This document shows positions 25,271 to 36,827 of a DNA stretch of 64,000 nucleotides, piece after piece (within the stretch, counting starts at the first letter, position 1; the number at the start of each line of letters is the position of its first letter). The position numbers and the translations under genes are program-made. The notes under the pieces are model-generated. The model searched no databases, had not been told where the DNA came from, and saw nothing but the letters and a program-made list of their open reading frames with translations. Origin of the DNA: Lingula anatina (taxonomy: Eukaryota; Animalia; Brachiopoda); the NCBI GenBank assembly GCA_051362555.1, contig CM120642.1, positions 24,304,001 through 24,368,000 on the forward strand, in the 5' to 3' direction.

Positions 25271-25516
25271 AGATGGAGTTTGTAAATAATTTGTTTGCAG
25301 CAGTTTCCTACTTTTCAGACAAGGAAAATAGTCGAAAATATCCATTTTGATTATACTGTCTATTGTATTCCTCGGTATGTCTCACATCAGTCAACTGCAC
25401 ATGTATATATTCAGGCGGCATAAGTTAAGTGATGTGCAGGTGGTCTCTCCTATCATTCGACATACATTGTAAATATCTATGTTGGATGCTGGGGTCTTTT
25501 TCTAAAACGGCGCTTT

Positions 25517-26212
25517 TTAAACCGTTTCTGTACGTAGAAATTCGTCAAAATATATTTTGCAAAGTAGCCAAAGCGCACAATGTTCAGTGATGGGCCACAA
25601 ATGGTATGACATTATAAAAAACTTTGCAGCAGCCGATTGCTCGTTCATAATCATGCAACTTTGTCCCAGTAGAGCGTATCCAATAGATTTCTCGAAACAA
25701 TAATCACACTGTTTGCATGCCTCTTCCAACTCTGAAATGCGCGCCAGGACTTCACTTTCTCGCCTGCTCTCGTCGTTTGCGATAAGAATCGAGAGAAATT
25801 TTCCAAACAAAAGAGGGTGAATGAAGGGTTGGTCAATATCTCTGAAGCCATACAATACGTACTGTAGTGGTCTAGGCAACGTGCAGAGTAAATTACGTTG
25901 ATAGTAAACAGGCCAGCAAAATTTGCGATTTTCCAGTACCCAGAGGGCCAATTCCCGCCCGCTTTTATTACCGGACTCCTGTTTTAGCATAGCTTCTATA
26001 TTTGCCCACCGCTTCTATATTTGCCCCCGTGTATATAATTGGTGTACAGATAGTTCAGTTATTATGTGTATGTATAAAAAATTATGAAATTAGGAATTCA
26101 GTCACATATGAAACCCATGAACCAAGTGGGTATGAAACGTAGTGTTTTAAGTTTTCATCCATTAGTGCGAGAGCTATGTAATTTCTAGCACTGTCAAAAT
26201 GCTTGGCGGCAT
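25517..26212 (-). pseudogene. 5'-truncated third cGLR paralogue (C-terminal tail only), interrupted by an ~80-bp insertion
   Basis: ORF 25517-25990 is nearly collinear with the cGLR-A C-terminus (MLKQESGNKSGRELALWVLENRKFCWPVYYQR...). Homology resumes at 26092-26212 (DAAKHFDSARNYIALALMDENLKHYVSYPLGSWVSYVTEF). The NTase domain is absent. Confidence 0.88.
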
Positions 26213-29200
26213 CCTATTTTATATAGGCTCCATAGCATAGTATCTGATTAAAGTAAAGTGGTCTTCTCCATGTGCTTTGTCCCAGAATTTTTTAGTTAAT
26301 ACAAAGCTGGACGTGTCCATACATATTGAATACTGTCCGTTTATTTGGTGGGTATGCCCCATTAATTATTTATACAAGCTATGTTAGCTTTGTATAATTA
26401 GTTTGAAAAATTGCATGAGGGATTATTACTTACAAATTGACGAATTGTGTTATAATTTAGACAAGAATCTAATATGCATTGCATTAAATCATGATGTGAA
26501 TTTTAATACTATTTGTGTACACTGTGTACGGTACATGTAGTAGATATGTTGATGTATTTAGGGAGACACAGTTGACACCTTCCCTTGTGTATATAATTGA
26601 TGTACAGATAGTTCAGTTATGGGTAGGTACAAAAAATTGAAATAAATTACACTTTATGTGAGATGGAATTGTACGTCTTTTGTGTATGGAGTTATTGCAT
26701 TTGTAATTATTGATAATAAACTAATTTAAATGTCCCCATTGTGACATGTTAAGATATGAGATACATTTCTTTCTTGAAAGCAACGAGCATACAAGAGAAA
26801 ATAACTGTTATACCAGAAGTAAATTTTAGGGTCACAAAGACCTTCGTGCGTATCGTCTTAAATCGCGAACATTTTGCTGTACAATGCCATTTGATGTTTA
26901 AACAATATATATTCAGGAAAAAATAAGGGCGATGAACACAGTTTGGTTTAAATGGTTGAAATCAATGCATTTGGAACAAAAATCTGGCGTTTTCAATGCA
27001 TAAAAGAAAATCAAAAGGATATTCAAGTGGAATAGCAACAATCGTTGTGCCTGAACTTTCAGGTAAAGTAAGAGAGGGATTGGGGGAGACCTGAGGAAAG
27101 AAAGCATGGGAGGTAACGGTAAATGTTTATCAATAGGGTCGGTATGTGTCGAGATGTAAACATCGTGTGATAACAAATGGTGGGCTGCACCTTTTTGACC
27201 AGCTGAAGATTTTATAGTAGAATACATCGGGCTCTGCCCACATGAGAGAGTTAATAGTATTGTTTTAATATGTTTATTTAACCTGTTAATTAAAATTACT
27301 TAATGACCGCTATAACTTAGGAACTATTTTACATTGGCTGACATTTTAATTCGGTGACAAAATTTACATTTTCTATATTTTGTACAATCTTCTCATTGTC
27401 CTGGTCTCGCCGAAAGAGATGTTTCTATACTACACTCCATAACATTCCATAGCGATAACCCTTTTTTGATCTTTTTTCTGCGTTATCTCCAGTTGAGATA
27501 TAATTGAGTTATAATTTGGACAAGTGTCTAATACGCTTTGCATTAAATCATGGTACTAATTTTAATACTTTCTGTGTACACTGTGTAAGGTACAAGTAAT
27601 AGATATGTTGATATATTTAGGGTGACACGGTTGACACCTTTGCCTCGTGTATATAATTGATACACAGATAGTTCAGTTATGTATATGTATAAAAATTATG
27701 AAATAAATTACACTTTATGTGAGATGGAGTTATTGCATTTGTAATTATTGTTAACAAATTAATTTATACGTCCCCATTGTGACAGGGCAGAAAGCATACA
27801 AGAGAATATTACTGTTATACCAATAGTAAATTTGCAGAGTCAGAAAGACAAGGGTAGATAGCCTTCCACCCTCCAGGGTGTACTAAAATTTGCAAATAAG
27901 AGCTCATAACAAATGTGTGTCAAATAAATATTAGAAGGGCTCTGATCCATCTACATGAAGCTTTTTATAAAACATACTGTATGATGTTTTCTTTTAGTAG
28001 TCAGGGAATCTGTCAATGAAAAAAAAAACTTTTTGTTCAGTAATTTATTAAAATAATACACCTGTTACATATGTTACATATATACAAAGCGCATGAGAGT
28101 CGATTTCTGTAATTATTCCAAAACTTTATTTACACTTTTACCGGATATTTATACGCAAATAAAGGTCACGAGAATGATTTGCTTAAAATGATTGCCTGTG
28201 CCCTGTTACCACCTAAAATAAAGCGTGAAATACTGAAGATTGTGCTTGCTTATTCGAAGTTTCGATGTGGCATTGATCTTGTATAGCCCAAAACTCGGAT
28301 CGCTGAACAATTTCCATTTGTCGTAAATTGCGGTGTGTCTTAAGGGCGATAACGACAGTTTGATTTAAATGGTTAAAATCAATGCATTTGAAACGAAAAC
28401 CTGGCGTTTTCAATGCATAAAAGAAAATCAAAAAAGAACATTCAAGTGGAATAGCAACAATACATGGTATGTACCTGGGAGATTGAAAAAATATTTACAT
28501 TAGTATAGCCTACGCGTAAACAGCATGGTGACAATCGTTGTGCCTGAACTTTCAGGTCAAGTAAGAGAGGGATTGGGGGAGACCTGAGGAAAGAAAGCAT
28601 GGGAGGTAACAGGGTAGATGTTTTATCAATAGGGTCGGTATGTGTCGAGATGTAAACAACGTATGATAACAAATGGTGAGCTGCACCTTTTTGACCAGCT
28701 GATGATTCTTCTAGTTAAAAACATCGGACCCTGCCCACATAAAAGAGTTAATAATATTGTTTTAACATGTTTATTTAACATGTTGATTAAAAGTACTTAA
28801 TGACCGCCATAAATATTATGCAAAGGAATTATTTTACATTGGCTGACATTTTAACTCGGTGACAAAATTAAAATTTTCTATCTTTTGTACAATCTTTTCA
28901 TTTTCCTTGTCTCGCCGAAGGAAATGTTTCTATACTACACTCCATAACATCCCATAGTGATAACCCTTTTTTATCTCTTTTCCGCGTGATCTCCAGTCCT
29001 CAGTCTCCATCTACTTCACAGGATGTACTCTGTTGTGTCGAAATTCGCCGTCAAGAAACGTGTAAGTTTTTGACCTTCAAATGGCTAAAATTGTGCATCT
29101 TGGTTCAGGTCAAATCTGTAATTTGTCAAGTAAATACGACTGCACCTGTTAACAACTAAAATATAGAGTGTAATACCGATGATTATGTCTGTTTTTTCGA

Positions 29201-30992
29201 AGTTTTGACAGCGTATCGATTTTGTATTGTCAAAAACTCAGGTCGCTAAATCACCTTCCTTTGTCGTAAAGAACGCCACAAAAATAAAATTCACAAGGGC
29301 CTTTGTGTGTATCGTGTTAATCATGAACGTTTTGCTATATATAATGAGACTTACAGTGCCATTTGAAGTTAACATCAAAATGTAAACAATTTTATTCAGG
29401 AGCAAATAAAGGCCAAGAGAGCGGTTTGATTTAAATTGTTGAAATCAATGCATTTGGAAAGAAAACACGTTTTCATTGTATAAAAGAAAATCCAAGTGGG
29501 GTAGCAACAATATGTACCCGGGGATTTAAAAAAATATTTACATTAGTATTAATTGAAAAAGTGCATGACGGATCTTTACTTACACATTGGCCAATTGTGT
29601 TATAATTTAGGCGAGTGTCTGATATTATTAAAGCGTGGTATGAATTTTGAATACTATTTGTGTACACTGTGTACGGTACATGTAGTAGATATGTTGATAT
29701 ATTTAGGGAGACACAGTTGACACCTTCCCTCGTGTATATAATTGATGTACAGATAGTTCAGTTATGTGTATGTATAAAAAATTATGAAATAAATTACACT
29801 TTATGTGAGATGGAATTGGATGTCTTTTGTTTCTGTATGAAATTATTGCATTATATATGTTATTATAAATTATATTTAATGTCCCCATCGAGAAAGGGTA
29901 AAAGATGAGGTACATTTCTGGATATAAGCCTTAAGAATTAATACCTTGGGGATCACGTTTAGAGAGGCTGCTTGGCAGAGCTGAGAAGACGAACCCGAGG
30001 TATGGAAGAGGATTCAGAAGTTGGAGACTTCACCTAGAACATGAAGTTGGCTAGCGTCAACAAATAAACCGCTAAACTGGTCATTATGCACCCTTGGGTT
30101 CCCTTTGAACGACTTTACGTAAATCTGACACGAACTGTGGAATTTTGGATAGCGTTATGCGCTGTATAAAAGTTTTCACTGCAATGTGCGCAAAGGACGT
30201 TCGCGGAAGATCGTCAGCGGGAGATCGTTACCGATCCGAGCAAGAATTTTAACCCCGCACCCACTCCCCTTGTAAATTAATTTTTTATATATTTTTTCAT
30301 TTAATTTTTAATCCCCCTACCCTTGATCACAACACCCTGAATTTTTAAAGGAAATTACAGATGGTAATTTTGGCCGGCCTGTACCCCAAATCCTGAGAAA
30401 AGCCCTGATAAGTTAACTGTGGTGTACATGAAAATGATCACTCCGGTAGCCCTAGCTGGGAAGCCAATATAATGTAATTGTATAAGTGAACATATAATGG
30501 GAGAAATATTAATTTTATTCATGTACCTAAATTATACTTCATTACGCAAAAACTACCCAAATCACTACTTGCACGATAATACATGATCTTATATCATCTT
30601 TCCTGAACTGTACACAACTTATTAGATTTTGCAGATGGATTAACATTGATGATAATCTTCATAACATTGTTTACATACAACTGCATGTACAAATTAATAT
30701 CAAAATACACGTATACTAGGCATCTGTGTTTAATTAAATGTAGTTCGTCCCTTTTTTATTTGCTGAGATGGAGTTTGTAAATAATTTGTTTGCAGCAGTT
30801 TCCTACTTTTCAGACAAGGAAAATAGTCGAAAATATCCATTTTGATTATACTGTCTATTGTATTCCTCGGTATGTCTCACATCAGTCAACTGCACATATA
30901 TTCACGTGGCATAAGTTAAGTGATGTGCAAGTGGTCTCTCCTATCATTCGACATACATTGTAAATATCTATGTTGGATGCTGGGGTCTTTTT

Positions 30993-33110
30993 CTAAACGG
31001 CGCTTTTAACCGATTGTGTACGTAGAAATTCGTCAAAACACATTTTGAAAAGTAGCCAAAGCGCACAATGTTTAGTGGCCGGCCACAAACGGTATGACGT
31101 TATAAAACAATGTACAGCAGCCGATTGCTCGTTGATCAACATGAAACTTTGTCCCAGTAGAGCGTATCCAATAGATTCCTCGAAATAATAATCACACTTG
31201 ATGCATGCCATCCATAATTGGATTATGCCCGCCAAGACTTCACGTATTCGCCTGCTCTCGTCACACTTGTCGTTTGCGATGAGAATCGAGAGAAATATTC
31301 CAAACAAACGAGGGTGAATGAAGGGTTGCTCAATCTCTCTGAAGCCATACAATACGTACTGTACTGGTTTAGGCAACGTGCAGAGTAAATCACGTTGATA
31401 GTAAACAGGCCAGCAAAATTTTCGATTTTCCAGTACCCAGAGGGCCAACTCCCGTCCGCTTTTATTACCGGACTCCTGTTTTAGCATAGCTTCTATACCT
31501 AACCACCGTGACCCTCGGAATTCAGGCAGATATGGAACCCATTGAGCATATGGGTATGAAACGTAGTATTTCAAGTTTTCATCCTTAAGTGCGAGAGCTA
31601 TGCAAGCTTCGGCGTCTGCAGTTTTACCCCAAGTGTAGTAGAAATTTGCTAATTTCAGTTTGGTGCTTGCCATGTCCAGGTCTTTTGAACAAAGAAGTAA
31701 TTCTTCAGTATGCTGAAAATTACTCTCCTTATTTCCACTTATTGCACGCACATGCTTGAAGCACCCTTTCATATGTTGCTGCAGCATATGGCAAATCACT
31801 GACATATGTTGTCCTACGGATTTATCAGAAATGCTATGACAAAAAATTTGCAGATTCTGTTGCTCTGTAAATGGAAAGAAAGGTATAGTGGATAACGGCA
31901 CTTTCAAAAGGACGGTGATCCAACCCATCTGTTGTTGTTCTAAGTTTTTGAAGACTTGCAGAGGGGCTGAAAGATTTTCCCTGATGATTGACACCTCTTT
32001 GGAAATGCTGTGGCGTTGGGCATCTGACAGGGTGTCAATAAGGTTATTGTCAGGTATGAAATAATGGGGAAGGTTGCGTTCATCAAACCACTTGTGTAAC
32101 CTCTTGAGGCACATCTCTACACACTGAATAAGATTGTCTCTGCGCCACATGTCACGAGGCGTTTCGTGAACCATCCACAGCATCAGTGTCTTTATGTGAT
32201 ATGATTTGAGGATGTCCTGACGTCCCGTTTTATGCTCAATCAAATTCTTAAGGTGCATGAGTATAAAATGAGCCCTGTGCTGAGTTTCGTTAAATGATCG
32301 CACGAGGGTCTGCTCTGCCAAAACCGTTGACAACCTCCACTCGTAGCTTTGATGCTCTAGGCTACTGTTCTTATGGCCGACGGGAACAACATGACAGCCA
32401 CCTTGTAAAATGATGTCGATATTTTCCTCTGTAGGCCATCCATATTTTCTCACTCGCTCAAACCATTCACTTATACAGTTTGGCCAGCCGTCTACTACAG
32501 GGTAAGCCAGTATTATATCTATTTGGTCCATCGCAGGTGATGGATTGCCGAGTTGGCGTGCTCCTGCAAACGGAAAACTAATGCGTAAGCTGGGTCCACG
32601 TATCTCAATGGTCCTAGTACCGTAAAACCAGTGGGACGTCTTATCAATGAAATACTTGTGAAATAATTCTGTTGCCGCTTTGCGTGATAAATATCCCGCT
32701 TCTTTAGTTGTCAGAGTTTTACCTACTTTGCGCAACTTGCCATAATCAGCATGTGAGTCTGATGTATCGTAGTAATATGTGCACACATCAAGAGGGTTTG
32801 TACCCTCTGGAGGATGAAAAGTGAAGTCAGGATGATTGCAGAACACGACGTTTGTATAGTCATACAGCATTAAATCAGAATCAGAACGAAGCATGTCCCC
32901 ATTTGCGTCCAAACTATGTGAAAAGCTTACCGCGGTACTACCACACTCTTTCCTGAGCATTGTCCCGAGTTGGAAATCTGGCGTGCTCTCATCAATGCCT
33001 GTCTTAACGTAGAGAAGCTCTCGAAATTCGTTGCATAAGCCATATCTATCAAGACCGCAATTTACTTCTTCATTTAACGTCTCCAAACGTCCCTTGTCGC
33101 TCTCAGCCAT
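30993..33110 (-). CDS. cGAS-like receptor (cGLR / Mab-21 nucleotidyltransferase) A, 705 aa, uninterrupted ORF, helical TPR-like C-terminal extension
   Basis: NTase motif G57-S58...SDSDLM (D77, D79) and third Asp in QIDIILAYP (D198); Mab-21 motifs WP..WFER..GWPT, GCHVVPVGH, EWRLS...AEQTL, SYHIKTLMLW, LPHYFIPDNNLI; in-frame TAA four codons upstream of the ATG. Confidence 0.92.
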   Translation of the reverse strand: MAESDKGRLETLNEEVNCGLDRYGLCNEFRELLYVKTGIDESTPDFQLGTMLRKECGSTAVSFSHSLDANGDMLRSDSDLMLYDYTNVVFCNHPDFTFHPPEGTNPLDVCTYYYDTSDSHADYGKLRKVGKTLTTKEAGYLSRKAATELFHKYFIDKTSHWFYGTRTIEIRGPSLRISFPFAGARQLGNPSPAMDQIDIILAYPVVDGWPNCISEWFERVRKYGWPTEENIDIILQGGCHVVPVGHKNSSLEHQSYEWRLSTVLAEQTLVRSFNETQHRAHFILMHLKNLIEHKTGRQDILKSYHIKTLMLWMVHETPRDMWRRDNLIQCVEMCLKRLHKWFDERNLPHYFIPDNNLIDTLSDAQRHSISKEVSIIRENLSAPLQVFKNLEQQQMGWITVLLKVPLSTIPFFPFTEQQNLQIFCHSISDKSVGQHMSVICHMLQQHMKGCFKHVRAISGNKESNFQHTEELLLCSKDLDMASTKLKLANFYYTWGKTADAEACIALALKDENLKYYVSYPYAQWVPYLPEFRGSRWLGIEAMLKQESGNKSGRELALWVLENRKFCWPVYYQRDLLCTLPKPVQYVLYGFREIEQPFIHPRLFGIFLSILIANDKCDESRRIREVLAGIIQLWMACIKCDYYFEESIGYALLGQSFMLINEQSAAVHCFITSYRLWPATKHCALWLLFKMCFDEFLRTQSVKSAV

Positions 33111-36100
33111 AGCTGGTGCCTTAAAAGTTCGAATTAAAATATTGGTTCAGGACAAATTTATAATTTGTCAGGTAGTAACGACTGCACCTGCCCCGTTAAC
33201 AACTAAAATAAAGCATGGAATACCGAAGATTATATCTGTTTATTCGAAGTTTCTTAGTCGTATAGATTTTTTATTGTCAAACACTCCGGTCGCTAAGTAA
33301 TTTTCATTTGTTATAAAGTAGGTAAAAAAAATAAAATGCACAAAGACCTTTGTGCGTATCGTGTAAATTACGAACGTTTTGTACAGTGCCATTTGAAGTT
33401 GACATCAAAATGTAAGCAATTTTATTCAGGAACTAATAAAGGGTACGGCGACGATTTGTTTTGAGTTGTTGAAATCAATGCATTTGGAAAGAAAATCTGG
33501 CGCTTTCAATGTATAAAAAATCCGAAAGGATATTGAAGTGGGATGGCAAACAACATGTTCCTGGGGCTTAAAATATTTACATTAATCTAGCCTAAAATGC
33601 GTAAACAGCCCGGTGACAATCGCTCTGTCTAACCTTTCAAGTCAAGTAAGAGAGGGACTGGAGAAGGGGGGGGGGGGGGGGGGGGGGGCAGAGGAGAGAA
33701 AACATGGGAGGTAACATGGTATAATTCGTTCGGTATGTGTCGATAAAAAAAATTGAGTGGTTACAAATGTAGGGGATGGGCGGCTGCCCCTTCTAGACAC
33801 CAGCTGACACCAGTGACATACAGCGGGTGCTGCTCATGTGGGGGAACTATTTGGTATCACTATTGATTTGATGACTGCCAAAATTATTTCGAAAGGATAT
33901 ATTTTTTAATTGGACGATATATTTAATTCGGTGATAAAGCATGCATTTATTATCTTTTGCATACATGTAGTCTTTTCATCGTCCTTGTCTCTTCAACATA
34001 ATTTATCATATATACTCAACAACATTCTATAATGAGAAAACCTTTTTTTATGCGTGATCACCCGTCTTCAGTCTCCATGTACTCCACAGGTGTGCCAAAA
34101 TTTACTAAAAAGATATAGCATCGACACAGAAGTCCATCAACGTCTGAATCGTTTAATGGGATATTTCGGAAATAGATTAGGAATCATTTATACCATGCGC
34201 AACGCAAATCTCATTCTGTGAGAAAAAGAAAGCTTCTCAAAATATTTTCGCTTAATTTAGAATCGTCTTGCACATTGCACAAATTCGCTATATCTGAGTA
34301 CATATAGTTTTTTTTTCAATTTTTAGTTATTTTCAACTTTTAACATTGAACAATGACTTAATTACTTTAGGGGCTTTGAAAATCTAGTCCAGCTTTTATA
34401 TCAATCGGACAGTACTTTCGAAATCAACGATATTTGGATGGGTTGGCGGTCTTAATAAATTAGTTACCAGTTGACAACATTACCTTTAACATTAAAAACA
34501 TTTCAATTTAGAAAAAATGACATTTACATGAAGTGTAAAAACTGTGGCGTGTTTTAAATCTGGAATATATGTTTATCGCAAAATTTATATCTTCACGTAT
34601 ATGTGTACTTGTGGCATGCAGGCTTTGTATTAGACCAAGAAGTTGTCATGAAAACGGAATCAAACGAATAAAAGGATTGGGAGTTGTTTAGTGTAAGTTA
34701 AATTTCTTAAAGAGCCAACGAGTGTAGAAATTGTTTTCTTGGTAGGAAAAGATGGAACATGTCAAAGTCCCATATAGCTCGATTTGATTGGTTAACTGCT
34801 CAATATATTTGCAAGTTTCTGACACGTGTAAAACACATGCAAACTAAGGTTGAATGTGGTCCAAGCATGAGTATTTCAAATAGTATTTTGAATATTTTAA
34901 ATTGAAAACAAGTCTCTTAGAGATTGCATAATAAGGAAATGTTGAATGGTGGTTTGCAGCATGAGGCTGGAAAATTCTTGGTAAGCAGACAAAGACAATG
35001 GAAAGAAATCATGTAAATGTATGATCAGTACGCAGAAATAGAGAATAAATACTTGTGAAATTGTATTAAAAGAGAGTCGGTGAAGTAACGTTCGAAAGTT
35101 CCAGACCGTCGTTATTCCTCACTTATAACAGCATTATAGAGAAAGTAAAGCAATTGTTGCTGATGCGCCGTGACATAAATAATACAAATTATCTCATTTT
35201 TTGCTTCTTGTATCTAAATTATACATCACTACACAACAACTATAAAAAATTCTTCTTGCACTTCTCTCAAAATGCCATGAAAGGTCTACTCTCGGCATTT
35301 TCTAAAGATGCACTATTACCCTTCCCCAGTGTGTCATTAATTTATCTAAATAACATTGGTTCCTAACATTAACAAATGACATTGACTAGATTTTATTCTT
35401 TGATGCATTTGGATTGGTTGGCGTTTATGATACATACATTAGACTGACAATATCTGCTATTATAAATAAATAAATAAATAAATAAATAAATTGTAGCTCG
35501 CAGGGGTCACAGAAAAACGAGGCAACTGACAACGGGCATATTCCTTTACTTGAGCTTTATTCAAATATTCTCAGGTTGAAACAGCCGCGTAACTAAAACA
35601 AAGAAAATACAATTGTCACTTATTTGTCTAGCTGGTTTCACCACTTCTCACATAACATCTGAGTTTATAATACAAATTACAAATTAAAATACATTTAGCA
35701 ACCAGGTTATTAATTAATAAAATTATATAATATAAACAGAGAAATACTGATATTATACATTATGTACAAAATTGGCATAAAATCTTACCATTATGCCTCT
35801 ACTGGGTAAATACAAATAATGCCACTGCATTTTTGCACCTCTGCACTCCTCTGCAGCACACACCTAACTGACCCATACTCTACTGGGTGTGACAACTAGG
35901 ACTGTTCACTTATGCTAATGGGGTCCTTTTATTAAAGGAATGTGATAGATGTGCGTGCTCAGCATATCTGATGCAATAAACCATAAACAAAGTTTGATAC
36001 AATCATTTTGTTCTTACATAAATAATTGGCGAACCCTTGTGTATGAACAACGTGCTTTGTCTTTTGGATAGTCCCGGTCTGTTTTTTTTTTTTTTTTTGT

Positions 36101-36827
36101 AAACCAAATAATTCATGTACACGTGGGTTTATATATTAACTATGACACAAACACATACATACAGTATTTCAGTACGCATGTAGACTTTACTGCACTTGAC
36201 TTGAATGTGAACAGCATTTAAGAGTAAAAACTAATTATCATGTAAGTTGGTGTTATATAATAATACCAAAGACCTACACGTATAGTTATTGGAATAGATT
36301 AAGATATCATATTTGTAGTCATATATCTAAATTATACTTACTAACATAACATTACATAGCATATAATCCTACATACCCTTGCAAGCAATTTTGCCAAAAT
36401 TCCAAATTTTGGAGACAAGTTACCATCAATCAACATTCAACTTAACGATGTTCACATACTTTTAACACACCTATCTTCGTTGACTTTGACACTTCCTACT
36501 AAGATGACGTCTGCTCAATAAATTTAGATATAGGGGCTTATATGAGAATAATTGATATTTGTTTGCATTCGGATCCTACTTAGCGGCTTGAAGGCAAGGA
36601 ATGCTCCTTTCAAATGGAAATTTAGCGTGCTTTCGATTTTTTCATTAATATACCACCTCACATTCAAATATACAAATATCAAAATATTATGCACTTGCCG
36701 TAAAACAGCCATGATTCCTCTAATTATTAGCAATCTATAGTTAATACAATATCTTTTACTTCGTTCAAATCGGTAAGTTCCACAGTTGGTGTTTTTGCCA
36801 TATGAATATATTGTAAATAAAACTTAA

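Larger units (their letters stand above)
21925..30040. repeat. Local segmental-duplication mosaic of cGLR flanking sequence
   Basis: Block X (downstream flank) at ~21925-22620, ~26213-26820, ~27490-27830, ~29570-30040. Block Y (homologous to 33130-34090 upstream of cGLR-A) at ~26830-27490, ~28340-29020, ~29090-29530. The 3' region 22620-22822 + 24952-25516 matches ~30285-30992. Confidence 0.88.

Noticed and set aside
26913-28672. Duplicated short ORFs (104, 72, 76 aa), also 22284-22478 and 29660-29908, as a small gene family
   Set aside because: They lie in the duplicated non-coding X/Y flanks, and reading frames are not preserved between copies.
35491-35940. Solo LTR between cGLR-A and cGLR-B (starts with TGT after a TAAA microsatellite)
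   Set aside because: No matching CA terminus, TSD or second copy could be identified.
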